Positions 11,689-25,749 of a stretch of 64,000 nt of DNA are shown piece after piece. Position 1 is the stretch's first letter. Every line of letters begins with the position of its first letter. Origin of the DNA: Felis catus (Eukaryota); NCBI RefSeq assembly GCF_018350175.1, contig NC_058373.1, positions 113,400,001-113,464,000 of the forward strand, written 5' to 3'. The translations under genes and the position numbers were made by a program. The notes under the pieces are model-generated. The model made no database searches. It had not been told where the DNA came from and was given only the letters and a program-made list of their open reading frames with translations.

Positions 11689-12510
11689 TCAGCAGGTATT
11701 TGCTAATGTTCAGCATGTCATTATGCCGTATCTGGGCATATGTTGGTGATTAAAAAATTCACTCTTTGTGCTTGGTTATTTCATAACGTGGTGAGCAAGG
11801 CGGACTCTGCTTCATCAGGTCTCTTTCCCACTACGTGTAATGTTGTTAACAGTGACAAAGTCCTATTCTGCAACGTGGGTTTTCATGGTTCCATGGCAGG
11901 GAATTTCTGTTTTCAACTTATTTCATGATTTTCCTATCAAAGCCCTTTCTGAAATGTTTGCTTGGCAGCCCAATGTATAAAACTTCCCAAACATATTAAA
12001 CGATGTAGGACTATTCAGGGGGAAGTGATTTGATGATTCATATATCTCCTGGAACTTTATTTTTATCAGACTGATTCATGACCACTGATTCAACAAATGC
12101 ATTGAGCTCTTAATGTTCATTGAATATAGAGATAGCAAAATCTGAGGTTGTTAGTGGAAGTGTAATGTGATTAAGTCCCACAACTCTGTTCTAGAAAGGA
12201 CAGGTGCAAAAGGGGGACAGAATAGCCTGAGATGGAAAAAATGTTTGAAAAGCATCACAAAAGCAGAAAATGGGTGAATGAATAATCAAATTATCACACA
12301 ACCAAAGTTAATGGCATTTCAATGGAGACTATACTGTGGTTAGACTCTGAGACAAATTATCCTTAAAAATGAGAAATGACTGTATAACCATAATAATGAA
12401 AAGCATTTTCTTCTTATAGCTAAACTTTCATTTAATTGTTTTCTTTCATTGACTCTAATTCTTACAGCTTTTATTTAGGTAAGTAAAAACATTACAAATA
12501 ATAAAAATTT

Positions 12511-12516
12511 TTTATT
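12511..12516 (-). terminator. RDH11: Candidate RDH11 polyadenylation signal
   Basis: AATAAA on the minus strand about 1.75 kb after the stop, followed by U-rich sequence. Other candidates lie at 12470, 12973 and 13595. Confidence 0.4.
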
Positions 12517-14260
12517 TGTCATTGATAGTTCAACATAAATTAAAATATTAGTTATGCTACTTATTAAAAATTTCCAATTTTTCCATAAAATGACCATTTT
12601 TAAATATATAGCTTGATGGTCAAAACACGTTCAACAAAAGAATATCCATTTACAAATATGAGAAGACTGTGGTCCCATAACTCTTTACCCCAGCAAAGTG
12701 AATATGTAATTGTCAGTCCAAGAAAATCAAAGTCTATTAGAATAACATATTCTAAACAAGTGATAAGAACATTATTATTCCTCCAATTTCCTTTGGCAGC
12801 ATTACTTTTGATAAAAGCTCTCCAAATTAAATGTCGATTTTTAGCAAATAGACATTTTAATCATGTTAAGATAATGTAAGGAAATGCCCTGAAAGATTAC
12901 TATAGTGACTGTAAATTACCAATATCCGTCCTTAAGATAATTTTGCTGAATAAAGAATTGGGGGGGGGGCGGTTTATTTTGGGACTTTTTCTGCCACATT
13001 GGTTGATTGGTGCTTATGAAGACAGTACATTGTCAGTCTTGGTCACTCAGGTGCTCGCCCTCAATTCTTCCAGTTACATATTACCATCTTTAGTTTAGTT
13101 TTTTTTTTTTTTTTTAAGTCCTTAACTAGTCCCTTTACTGCCTGCATTATCTTCCAGGATTTTTCTGTTTTAGACTTCTTCCCTGCTGCCCATGTGCTTC
13201 TGGGTAAGTAGTTAACCATATATACAGAGTTGACTTCCCTTTGCTGGTCTACTCATTTGTATCAAAGACTGGATGACACTGTTTGCTCCATCTTTGAACA
13301 TTTGCCTCCACCAGGGTCCAGTTTAATACTCTTCCTTTGTAGTTATTTTGAATTCTGTGAAAATAAGCCCCACTGTGTGACTACAGAAGAACACAAAGAT
13401 AAACTCAGTGACAATCACCAAATAGCCTTTTCCTTCTTCTGGTTTTCTAAGAGAAACTAAGACACAAAAAGGCCTCCATCGGTCTGGGGTCACTAACTAA
13501 AGTCAGGTAGATGGTCTATCTTCCCATACTGCCCCTTTCTTTACCCACTTGCTGGTCTGAGAAACAGTAAGAAAATGATAGTTTAAGCTTGATTTTTATT
13601 TCTGCCATCCTCCAAACCCCACAAACTTCTTAGAAAAGGAAGCTCTTCTCTGTGGTCTAGATGTTGGAAAGTGTTTTAATAGCAGTGGCTTTAGGTTGTC
13701 AAGAGATAAAGCCATGCCATAATTCAGATTCAGTTAAGAGTTTCCGGAAATAATTCAGATGTTAGCATATGATGGTTTTCTTAACAGTTGAGGGATGAGT
13801 CCTGCTCGAGTCAAGCCACTGTGACTCAGAGTTCGGCTGAGGCTGCAGTGTGGCCCTCTTGAAATGAAGGTTGGATGGTGGTTGGGAGGAACTATATTGT
13901 GAACAAAGACGGTAGAAACTAATCCAAACTACCATAAATTGACCTTGCCATAGCTAAGATTCTCCTAGGGTAGTAGGTTTCAGACGGCAGATATCAGCTC
14001 GCAGGTCATCTGAGGGTCTTATCGTCTGATATCTCTTGCAACTGACAGTAATAAGGGCAAACTAAATCTGGAGTAAATGCAAGGTGTTTTGATGAATCTG
14101 GCAATGTACACTGTGCTTTTGTCAGACATCAAGCAGGAAAGGCTGGAAGATTTGTTTTCTTTGTACTGACGATTTTGGTCACCATGAAGGAGAATCATTT
14201 TGGCAGGGAGTACTGAGTAGTCTGCTATAGGTTTCTCTTGAGTCCAACTGCTACCACCTG

Positions 14261-14363
14261 TCAGTCCATGGGGATGCCCAGCAGGTCACAACTGACATCC
14301 CATAGCCGTCTTGCTATTGTCTCATTCCGAGCCTGGGCAGAGACCCATGCCACACTGCAGTCA
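14261..14363 (-). CDS. RDH11: Retinol dehydrogenase 11, coding exon 7 (103 bp, stop TGA)
   Basis: tttccag| acceptor; [33 protein letters not shown]. Confidence 0.95.
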
Positions 14364-14628
14364 CTGGAAATGAAAGAGAGAGGCTTAAAACACAGAGTTT
14401 AAGAATGGAATCTGTTCTCTGCCTGGAACAAGGAATGTGACAGAAAAACAACCCAGGGATGACATGCCCTCTATACACTTCATAGAGCCAGTCTTTGTCT
14501 TACCTCTTCATTCTGCAATTCTTACCCCAGGAAAAATGTAATTACCATTTAGATCTCCTCACTAGACTACCTCTGATGAGAATGCTCTGTTTGATATGTA
14601 ATGCATAGCAGTAAGTCTTTATATTCTG

Positions 14629-14631
<3 letters not shown>

Positions 14632-14666
<35 letters not shown>
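14632..14666. repeat. (TG)n microsatellite at a SINE tail
   Basis: Seen directly; adjoins a minus-strand SINE at about 14667-14847. Confidence 0.9.
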
Positions 14667-14670
<4 letters not shown>

Positions 14671-15190
14671 GTTTATTTATTTTGAGAGAGAGAGCAGGGG
14701 AGGTGAGAAGAGAGAGAGAATCCCAATCAGACTCCACATCACCAGCACAGAGCCCAATGCAGGACTTGAACCCATGAACTGTGAGATCATGACCTGAGCT
14801 GAAATCAAGAGCCAGATGTTCAACCAACTGAACCACCCAGGTGCCCCTATATGTATATATTTAACTATAATATCTGTGTCTGCCTGATATCTGTGTATGT
14901 CTAGCTTGTTCACACAGGACCTTGTATAGTGTCATGTTGCTGAGATTACATTGGTTACATACAGATGCTTGGAGTGGGGGACAAAAACACCCCCAAAACT
15001 TATGATTTCTGGTCTACCAGCAATTATAACAGTTTTTAAATAACAAGTCAAGCTGGCTTCATAAACAATGAAGACAGAAGATGATAGCATAAAAGAAATG
15101 TAACAATAAGGTAATAAGTGTTTCATATACCTTCTCTTCATTGCTGTAATCCCAATTATTTTAAGTCCCCATTAAATACAGGAGAGAGAC

Positions 15191-15898
15191 AGGGTGCCTG
15201 GGTGGCTCAGTGGGTTAAGCATCTGACTCTTGATATTGGCTCAGGTCATGATCTCACAGTTGTGGGATTGAGCCCCACATTGGGCTCCACACTGAGCATG
15301 GAACCTGCTTAAGATTCTCTCTCCCTCTCTCTGCCCCTCTCGCCCACTTGCACTCTCTCTCAAAATAAATAAACATCTAAAAAAACAAATGCAGGAGGGG
15401 TATTCAAACTCTGCACTTATCAGAAATTTTCTCAAAGACTTTTACTCATTTAAAAAAAATTTTTTTAATTTGTTAATGTTTATTTCTTTTTGACAGAGAG
15501 GCAGAGCATGAGTGGGGGAGGGGGAGACAGACACACACAGAATTCGAAGCAGGCTCCAGGCTCTGAGCTGTCAGCACAGAGCCTGACGCAGGGCTCGAAC
15601 CTACGAGCCATGAGATCATGACCTGAGCCGAAGTCGGATGCTTAACCGAACTGAGCCACCCATGTGCCCCTTAAAAAAATTTTTTTAACGTTTATTTATT
15701 TTTTGAGAGAGAGAGAGAGACAGAGACAGAGCACAAGTGGGGGGAGGGGCGGAGAGAGAGGGAGACACAGAATCTGAAGCAGGCTCCAGGCTCTGAGCTG
15801 TCGGCACAGAGTCTAATGCAGGGCTCAGACCCGCACCAGGACACCATGACCTCCGGTGAAGTTGGACGCTTAACCAGCTGAGCTATCCAGGTGCCCCC
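15191..15898. mobile_element. Cluster of three CAN-SINEs (+ 15191-15385; - 15450-15670; - 15672-15898)
   Basis: SINE heads and tails in both orientations. Confidence 0.85.
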
Positions 15899-16125
15899 TT
15901 TTACTTATTTTTATATTTGCTGCATCTAGTACACAGCAGGCATTCAATAAAGTGATTGAGTAAATGAACTGTAATCTTTTAAGTTACATAAGAAGCAATT
16001 TTTAAAATACTATTTTAAGAAAACTGCTTCCAGGACATTCTAAGCAAATTCTGAAGATGAAAAGGAAACTTGGCAAGTCTGAAATAAGTACATGAAGCAA
16101 ACTCCTAACACTACGTCCATTAAGA

Positions 16126-16298
16126 CACTGCTAATCAAAGAGTGGGTTATGGACTAGCAGGAGCCATCACCTGGAAGCTTGTTAGCAATGCCGATTGTCC
16201 GGCCCCATCCAAACCTGCTGAATCAGAACAGGGTTGAGGCCCAGTTATCTGTTTTCAGCCACTTCCTCCAAAACACATAGAATTTTGAGAAACACCAC
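16126..16298. mobile_element. MER5A-like DNA transposon
   Basis: catcacctggaagcttgttag...ctgctgaatcagaac motifs. Confidence 0.6.
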
Positions 16299-16600
16299 TT
16301 AAAGATATCTTTGAATTTACAAAACAAGGCTTCTTAGTACTTCTGTTTAAGGGAACTCACCAGCATGACCAGTACAACCTGTCACTGCTGAGTAAAAAGA
16401 CCATCACTGAGAACCAAAAGGCTTTGTATGACTCTCTCAGTTGGCCTCTGTAGCCTCTGTGTATACCTGATGTTCTCTGCAAGGTTACAATGAAGAGCAA
16501 ATGACACACGCAATGGACACAATGGAAAGTGCTGTGTGTCATAAGCTATGACATGCTGTAAAATGTATTCAAATACCACAGTAAAAGCTACTTAAGTGTT

Positions 16601-16838
16601 GGGGCACCTGGGTGGCTTAGTCCGTTAAGCGTCCGACTTCAGCTCAGGTCATGATCTTATGGTTCGTGGGTTCAAGCCCCATGTGGGGCTCTTCCTGCCA
16701 GTGCAGAGCCTGGAGCCTGCTTTAGATTCTGTGTCTTCCCCCCTCTCTCTCTCTCTCTGCCTCTCCCCTGCTCACACTCTTTCTCTCTGTCTCTCAAGGG
16801 TGAATAAACATTTAAAAAATTAAAAAAAAAAAAAAAAA
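16601..16838 (+). mobile_element. CAN-SINE
   Basis: TSD aaaagctacttaagtgt. Confidence 0.88.
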
Positions 16839-16919
16839 GCTACTTAAGTGTGGTTATGCATCAGCATGGTCATGGTGCTGATATTTCCAGTAGGATTTTG
16901 GGTAGTATCAACCAGTATA

Positions 16920-19175
16920 TGTAAAAAGACCTATATCAAAACTTAATACAAAGACTATTCTACTGGCATAAGGACAGACATAGAAATGAATAGAAAAGGG
17001 GCACGTGGGTGGCTCAGTCGGTTAAGCATCCTACTTCGGCTCAGGTCATAATCTCACAATTTGTGAGTTCGGGCCCTGCATCGGGCTCTGTGCTGTCAGT
17101 TCAGAGACTGGAGCTTGCTTCAGATTCTGTGTCTCCCTCTCTCTCTGCTCCTCCCCCACTCATGCTGTCTCTGTCTCTCAAAAAATGAATAAACGTTAAA
17201 AAATTTTTTAAGAAATGAATAGAAAAAATAAAAAAGTATAGAAGTACTCTTACATTTATGGTCAACTGATTTTTGATAAATCTGTTACGGACTGAATTAC
17301 GTCCCCCCAAATCCATGTTGAATCCCTAAATCCCCAAGGTGACTATATTTGGAGGAAGGGCTTTTAAGGAGATAATTAAGGTTAAATAGGGTCAAAAAGG
17401 TAGGGCTCCAATTCAATAGGACTAGTGTCCTTATAAGAGGAGACACCAGGAGTGTGCACACACAGAGTAAAAACCATCTGAGGACACATCAAGAAGGCAG
17501 CCCGGTGCAAGCCAGGAAGAAACCAGAAATCAATCTTGTTGGCACCTTGATCTTGAACTGTAAGAAAACTGTTTTCCTCCAGAACTGTAAGAAAATAAAT
17601 TTCTGGTATTCTGCTATTGCAGTCCAAGGAATTTGAATATAGCTACCAAGAAAATTCAATGGGAAAAGAATAATCTTTTCAACAGTTCCTGGAAAACCGG
17701 ATATCCACATTCAAAATGAAACAGGACCCATGGGGCGCCTGGGTGGCTCAGTCAGTTAAGCAGCCGACTTCGGCTCAGGTCATGATCTCGCGGTCTGTGA
17801 GTTCCAGCCCCGCGTTGGGCTCTGTGCTGACAGCTCAGAGCCTGGAGCCCGTTTCAGATTCTGTGTCTCCCTCTCTCTCTGACCCTCCCCCGTTCATGCT
17901 CTGTCTCTCTCTGTCTCAAAAATAAATAAACGTTAAAAAAAAAAATTAAACAAACAAACAAACAAAAAAAAACAAAATGAAACAGGACCCTACCCTCATG
18001 CCATATATAAAAATTAAATGAATCATAGACTGAAATGTAATGCTCAAATTATAAAACTGTTAGAAGAAAACATAGTAATAACTCTTTGTGCCCCTCCGTT
18101 AGGCAATGGTTTCTTAGGACACCAAAAGCACAAGTGACAAAAGAAAAAAGTCAATAAATTAGACTTCCTCAAAAACTTCTCTGCTTCAAAAGACACCATA
18201 AAGAAAGTAAAAAGACAAACCAGAGTGGAAGAAAATATTGGTAAATCACACATCTGACAAGGGCCTTGCATCCAGACTATATAAAGAATCATTACAATTA
18301 AACAATAAAAAGACAATAATCCATTTTGAAATTGGGCAAAGGATATGAATAGACATTTCTCCAACAAAGATAAACAAATATGAGCACACGAAAAGATGCT
18401 TAACATCACTAGCAAGAAAATGCAAATGAAAACCATAATGAGAAAAACTAGAAGAACATAAATAGAAAAATTACTTCATATTTATTATAATGGCTAAAGC
18501 AAAGGACAGAGGGGCGCTTGGGTGGCTCAGTTGGTTAATTAAGTGTCTGACTTTGGCTCGGGTCATGATCTCACGGTTCATGAGTTTGGGCCCTGCGTTG
18601 GGCTTTGTGCTGACAGTTAGCCTGGAGCCTGCTTCAGATTCTGTGTCTCCATCTCTCTCTGCCCTCCCCCACTCACACTCTGTCTCACTCTCTCACTGCA
18701 AGGGCAGTGTATGAGGGATAAACTGGAACCCTCATACACTACTGATGGCAACACAAAATGCTGCAGCCACTTTGGAAAACACCCTGACAATTCCTCAACA
18801 GTTAAACATGGAGTTAACATGACCCATATTCCAGTGGGATTCCATTTCTAGGTATATAAACCAAGAAAAATGTCCATACAAAAATCTGGACATGAATATT
18901 CATAGCATCATTATTCAATTAAAAAAAGTGACAACCCAAATGCCCACCAACTAATAAAGGGATAAATAAAATGTGGAACATCCACAAAATGAAATATTAT
19001 TTGGCAATAAATAGGAATGATGTACTGATACATGCTTTGGCATGGATGACCTTGAACACATTTTGCAAACTGAGAAAGAAGCCAGTCACAAAAGGCCACA
19101 TATTATATGATTCTATTTATATGAAACATCCAGTACAGGCAAATCCATAGAGACAAAAGTAGGTTTGTGGTTTCA
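16920..19175 (+). mobile_element. Old LINE-1 (L1M) ORF2 end and 3'UTR, interrupted by SINEs (16998-17210, 17731-17975, 18510-18695) and an MLT1 LTR
   Basis: L1 motifs such as gcagccactttggaaaac and aaatgcccaccaac...aaataaaatgtgg; SINE TSDs agaaatgaatagaaaa and caaaatgaaacaggaccc. Confidence 0.75.
17282..17625 (+). mobile_element. MLT1 (MaLR) solo LTR
   Basis: tgttacggactgaatt...gtgtccttataagagg...cagaactgtaagaaaataaatttctg. Confidence 0.75.
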
Positions 19176-21105
19176 GTCACGAAGAAAAACTAGTGCAAAG
19201 TTTCTAATGTTTCAGTCAAGACAGACTTAAGTTCATTTCTTGATAGTGGTCAACACAGCTGCTGATGGATCTTCAACATGCTTACAATTGAGAATCCTTG
19301 GCACTGGAAAGGCTCTTCAAAAGCCAGTTAAATATTTACTAAGTCATGAATTTGAGGCCGGCTTTCTTTAGATTACTCAGTCAAAACCTTAAAATTTCCA
19401 GGGAAGAATCCAGTCATTCATGGAAAATCATTCTAGTGTATAAAACCATATAAATTTATCTTCCTGACTTTCAGACCCACATTTCCAACTATCTGCTATA
19501 CATTTCTACTCCATGACTTACGGATATACACTCAACATGTATAAGGCCAGGTGTATTATAGAGGGCAACTGATCCATTCCACATTCTTTTGGCAACAGCA
19601 ATCTGATTCCTTTCTGTAAAATTACCTCTTTCCCACAGTTTGGAGAGCCCATTAATCAAGTGCTGGTCTTCCCCTAACCAAGGGAGTGAGGATGTGAGGA
19701 TGGAAGACCTAGTGCTTCCTTGCTAGAGAGCGGATGCTGAGCAACAAAAAAAGACTAAAGATAGTTGGCATATACTCGTTCTAGCAACAGTGCCCTGGCC
19801 AGTTGACTGGCCACTGTGTGTGTTCTAAGCCTGGCTCTTCAGTCTGCTCTTTGGACCTAGGAGAACCCCCATATTCTAATAAATTCCCTTCTTGCTTAAG
19901 TTAGCTTGAGTCTGTTTCCACTGCTTTGCAATCAGAGAACCCTAAGCTATACGCATTATATTTCCATTTCTGCTGTCTCAGTTAATGTCATCATCAACCT
20001 CATAGTAAGTCAGGCTTGACCCCCAGGTCACCAACTCCTCCCCGACCTCTCATTCAATTATTCATCAAGTGGTAAAGATTCTGCCTCTTCAGGGCCTCTC
20101 TCTTAATCATTCTTTGCATTCCAACTGTCATTACCCTAAATCAGGAACTCATTATCTCTCACTTGGGTTATTTATCCATTCATTAAACAAAGTCTGCAGG
20201 GATGTTTCTCTGAGGCACAGAGCAGATTATTTCTTTCTACTGAAACAACTTCTGTGGCTCCTCTCCAGGTCTGGCATTATGGGCCTTTCATGATCTATCT
20301 ACTTTTCTTTCCAATTTTAGTTTATTTGCAGCCCTTTCTCTAAACGTGCAAGTTATTTCCACATAATCTTGAAGAGGAGGTAAAAACATGCTAAAATTTC
20401 TATCATATGTGATGTCTGAGACATGCTTCAAAATAACATGAGAGGAGGGGTGCCTGGGTAGCTCATTCGGCTAAGTGTCCAACTTGAAGTCAGGTCACGG
20501 TCTCACGGTCTGTGGGTCTGAGCCCCGTGCCAGGCTCTGTGCCAACAGCTCAGAGCCTGGAGCCTGCTTCAGATTCTGTGTCTCCCTCTCTCTCTGACGC
20601 TCCCCTGCTTGTGCTCTGTCTCTCTCTCAAAAATAAATAAACATTAAAAAAATAATAGTAACATGAGAGGAAAAAAATATGTGAAGGGCTGGTGGATGGG
20701 ATGGGAGAATACTAGCTATGGCTTAATGGTTGTTGAGGCTGTACTGTGGGATTCAACATGCTGTTTTACCTACAACTGTGTATGTTCAAAACCCTCTACA
20801 ATAAAAAGTTTTAAAAGTCTTCACTTACTCAAGAACAGAGTCCATTGATACTATTTTAGTCCTGAAGACAATAGAAAAATACAAATTCTTTTTAATGTAA
20901 ACAAAACAAAACAAAACAAAACAAAACAAGGAGTCCAAAAAGGAACAAAGAAAACTGGATGGACATAAGAAAAAGTAGGAAGAAAAGAAACAACCATATT
21001 AATAAAAGATGGCATGGAGAAAATCAAACCTACAAGTACCATGAAAAATGTGAATGAGTCAGTCCCCCTCTTAAAGGTAACAACCCTAGTCAAAAGACAA
21101 AAGCT

Positions 21106-21525
21106 GGGGCACCTGGGCGGCTCAGTTAGTTAAGCGTCTGACTTTGGCTCAGGTCATGATCTCATGGTTCATGAGTTCAAGCCCTGCATCAGGCTATTTG
21201 TTATCAGCACAGAGCCCACTTTGGATCCTCTGTCCCCCTCTCTCTCTGCACCTCCCCTGCTTGTGTACTCTTTCTCTCTCTCAAAAATAAACATTAAAAA
21301 AAAGAAGAGAGGGGTGCCTGGGTGGCTCAGTTGGTTAAGCATCTGACTCTTGGTTTTAGCTCAGGTCATGATCTCATGGTTTGTGAGTCTGAGCCCCACA
21401 TTGGGCTCTGCGCCGACAGTATGGAGCCTGCTTGGGATTCTCTGCCTCCCCACCCCCCTGCCTCTCCTCCACTTGATCTCTATCTCTCTTTCTATCTCTC
21501 TCAAAAAAATAAACTTAAAAAAAAA
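21106..21525 (+). mobile_element. Two tandem CAN-SINEs
   Basis: Heads at about 21106 and 21310. Confidence 0.85.
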
Positions 21526-21659
21526 ATGCAAAAGATGTTGTTTAAAAAACAACAACAAAAAAAGCTATGTTGCACAATGTACTTTATAAGAAGAGTACAA
21601 ATCCAAAATATTTCCTTTGAGCAATGAAACCCCATCTTCAAAAACAGATATATTTATAC

Positions 21660-21849
21660 CTGAAATGATGCCCATTTAGTATCTCAAGACCTTCCGTTAT
21701 GGCACAGTACAGGCTGGTCTGGGCTCCCTGTTTAGGGGTCTTGATGAAGAAGGAGAAAAGCCACCACATCCACTTCATGAAAGGTGAGTGCCGAACCAAT
21801 TCAGAGTTGACTGTGCCAGGGTGTACAGAATACGTTGTAACGCCAGAGC
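21660..21849 (-). CDS. RDH11: RDH11 coding exon 6 (190 bp)
   Basis: cattag| ... [62 protein letters not shown] |gtataa. Confidence 0.96.
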
Positions 21850-22327
21850 CTAATGGGGGGTGCCATTTGGAGAGAGGAAGATAGGACTTGATATTGCCAC
21901 ATGGCCGAAGAGAGCAGAGGATACGAATAAACATTTGACCCCATGAAGACTCCCTTCCCCCAACAGTATTACAAGCATTCCTCACAGTAATTTATATCTC
22001 CCCATCTCACAGGTTAAGATTTAAGCTCAAAGAGGTTACTAACTGTTAGCAAACAGTAGAGCCAGGACTCAACCTATTAGTAGCACTTGACACTACTGAC
22101 TACTTCTTTCTCAAAGCTGCCTTTTTATTGGCTTCCATGACCCCACACTCCTGCTTTTCTATCCTTTTTCGCTGCTTCCTCTTAGCTTCCTGGGCCAGTT
22201 CATCATCTTCTACTCAAACTTCAAATGTTGGAGTTCTCACGGCTTGCTAAAATCCCTCTCTATAACTTTATGGCATGCACATTTTTTGGTACATTATACT
22301 CCTTTGAACTCTTAACTGACTACAAGA

Positions 22328-22570
22328 GGCAGTGTAATGTAGTGATTCAGGGCATGAACTTTGTGGGCAGACCGCCCAGTTTCAAATCCTAGCTTTACCA
22401 CTCATTAGCTGTGTGACCTTGAGCAAGCTCCTGATGTTGTGACTCAGTTTCCTCTTAAAATGGGGATAATCCTAATACCTGCACCTCACAAGGTTGTTCT
22501 GAGGATTAAATGAGTTCATATGTACAAGAGGCTAGAACAGTATCTGGTGCATGGTAAGTGCTAAATGACA
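22328..22570 (+). mobile_element. MIR SINE
   Basis: MIR core ttcaaatcctagc...tagctgtgtgaccttgagcaag...ctcagtttcctc. Confidence 0.75.
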
Positions 22571-24982
22571 CTTATGCATGGCTATGTCAAAGAGGTTTCC
22601 AAATTTTTATTGATTTTGGAAAGATAATATGAACACCTATACATATACTGCTTATTACCTAATCTCCCTGGTACAGGTGAGATCTTGTTGCCAAATGAGC
22701 TTTGGTGTCAAGCTTCTGAAAAAATGGAATTTTCATGTCTTTGTGGATTTCATAATTGCAGACGAAGGACTGTGGATATACATTATTTCCAACTTGACAT
22801 CTACTCTAGATGACCCATAGTAATGCAGACACATAGGTCCTCAATTAACTTCATACTTTTTAAGGCCAAACCTGGATCTTGCAGTGTTTCCTAACTCCCG
22901 ACCAGGCAGGCCCACAGAGCAGTTCTTGACGATTCCCCACGTTACCATGCTCAACAAGCTTTAGGGTTTTCCCATCCTAGATATCTCTTAGGAGTGTCCA
23001 CTACCCTCCATCTCTACCACTGTAGTCCAAGCTACTGTCATCAATCACCTAGACTATAGAAATCACTTGCAGTACACAGCCCTGCCCCCATTTTAAAGGG
23101 TTTCCACTGCTCTTACACCAAAATCTTTACCATAGCCTCTAAGGATTTTGCCCCTGTCGACCTCACCAGTCTCAGGTCAGATTTCTCTTCCTCTTGCTTT
23201 CTTCATTTTAACCACAGCAGCCTCTCAATTTCTCAAACTGAGCCAAGACTTTTGTGCATTCTCTTTCTTCTGCCTGGAATGTTCCTCAACCTCCTCAGAT
23301 GCCTCATTCCACCTGCTCTGTAACCCATTTAATTTCTAATCATCTTATATAAAGGCTTAGCTTGCAACTCATTTCTTTAGAGAAATCCCTGATCCCTTAG
23401 ACTGAATAAGCACCCACCCCAACCCATTATAGGTCCTTGTACTTCCCCTTTCATAGTATTTACAATTATAATTAAACAACAACAAAAAGGAAACATTCCA
23501 GATGTTGTTAAGGAAATTAATAAATAAACGGAGGCTCATCTATACGGTGAAATATAATGCAGCCCACAAAAGGAATGGGGTAAATCTGTATGTACAACAC
23601 GGAAAGATCTCCAAAATATTGTGTTGGAATTTCAGTTCCTTATATATGATGTACACATATATAAATGCATAAAAAATGATTGACAGGTGCACATCAAGTT
23701 GTTGACAGTGGTTCCTTGAGGGGAGAAAGGAGAAGGGAGAAAGTGGGGATTAAGTAAAGGGTTTTTTTTTCACTTTTAGCTCTATATTATTGGAACTTAT
23801 TACAAAGAGAATTATTCATGTATTCCTAGACTGATTTTACATGTGATAATGTATAAATACTTGTTTATTATCTCCCTCCCCCAGTGATCTAAACCAAATC
23901 AAAGAAGGGACTGTACGTGTATCGGGCACCACTCCATCTCCAAGCCCTGAATCAGTGCATAGAAGAGCATGGATACTGAATACTTGACTGCTGAATGGAT
24001 GAATGAACGACTCCTCTGTTATGCCCAGGTTGCCTTCATTGCACCACAGCTGTCTCCCACCTAATCCTCACATCTCTCAGGCTTCCTCACTTGTGTATCC
24101 TCTGCTTTTATCGGATCCTCATGGCTGGGCCTATCTCTCCACCTCAAGGGCACCCTAGCTCCCCTACCAACCCTTTGGATAGTTTTCACCATCCAGTTAC
24201 TCTGATCCATCCTGAGCTGACAAACAATGTCACGTCCTGGGCATAGACTGGGCATATGAAGTGAGCTGACCACAGCTTCCTTCCCCCACACTGCTGTCCA
24301 CATAATTTGATGATCCTGTCCCAACAATGGGGCTTCTATGTCTGACTTCTCGAGCCAGAATTCTGCCTGCCTCAACTCCTAAGTAACTCCAGCTGTCCAC
24401 CCTGGATTACCTTTCTTTTTCTTGAAAATTCAGAGTGGACAGTGCTAAGGACCTCTGTGTATTTGTGATTGGAGAATTCCCTCTTCAAGCATGCATTTCT
24501 CTTACTTAACCTTTTGCTGTTAGGGGGCAACATCCCTCCCTCCCCCCACCATCGTCCTAGCACCTGTTTTATCCTAATGGTTGTATCTAGTGCCAGTTCA
24601 GGTCCCTCCCTTCTATCTAGTCTCATTATGAGTAAAAAACCTTGCTTGCTCATGAGACCTGACTTAATAAGGACAATAACCTATAAAATAATCCCACTTT
24701 ACTTATGAGGAAATAAGTCCTGAAAAGTTAAGTAGCTTGCTACAGGTCACACGGCTGATAAGTACTAAAGCTAAGCCTTATGACTCAAAGTCAGAATTTC
24801 CCCATCTCCTGCCAGCCACCTCCAATATTCAGTTTTGGGCTACTTACTAAAATAATACCCAGTTATAGTCATGAAAGCAGGTTTTATCCAGGGGATAGGC
24901 TCCCGAAAACAGAATGTATTCCTGTGGCTTTTTGCTACTTCCCATTGACTTATATCTCTATATTCATTTCTTCTAAGCCTAC

Positions 24983-25192
24983 CTTTGAGCCTCCGGGCCA
25001 GTTCCTGGGTGAAGAGAATGTTGGCTAACTTGCTGTGACAGTAGGCCAGACCTGCATTGTAGAATTTCTCACCCTGCAGGTTATGGAAGTGGATCCTCCC
25101 CAGGTGATGCGCTAGGGAAGACACATTCACTACCCTTGATGGGGCTGATTCCTTCAGCTTCTCTAGCAACAGATGGGTTAGGAGGAAGTGAC
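24983..25192 (-). CDS. RDH11: RDH11 coding exon 5 (210 bp, catalytic YxxxK)
   Basis: [28 protein letters not shown]...[21 protein letters not shown]; ag|...|gtaggc. Confidence 0.97.
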
Positions 25193-25749
25193 CTACAAGA
25201 AAAACTAGAATTAATACAGTTCAAGGCCAATGTCAGGGTTAAGGGAGTTTTGGTGAGCTCTGCAGAGAATTCAGGAATAAGGCTTCTTGCCTCATTAATT
25301 CATTATCAACTACAGAACAAGCTCAGTGAGGGTTTAGGAAAATAGGACAGCCATCTATCCATGAGGGGGATCTGGAACATGTGAATATGAAGTCCTGTCT
25401 TCTTCCAACTTTGATTAATATCACTCTTTAAGAGCAGGCAGCCTCTACCTAATGTTCGCTGTGAGGATCACTACAAAGAAAGCAACACAGTCCTCAGTCC
25501 AATTAGGCTGTTAAAAATGCCCCAAAGTAAATTGAATCCAAATCACAGATTAAAAAGTTGGTGTAGCCCCAAGTGGGCTTCAAGTTTATCCCTGGGCTTT
25601 CAGGCAGGACCATAATATTCGCTATTCACTTATGGTCTTTTAGGGCCCAGTGTCCAATCGCATCACAAGGACAGCTCAATCTGACCCCTAAGTTTGCCAA
25701 GGAGAACTTTAGGTTTCCTCCAGTTTTGTGATAAGGCCAGATTTCTTAC

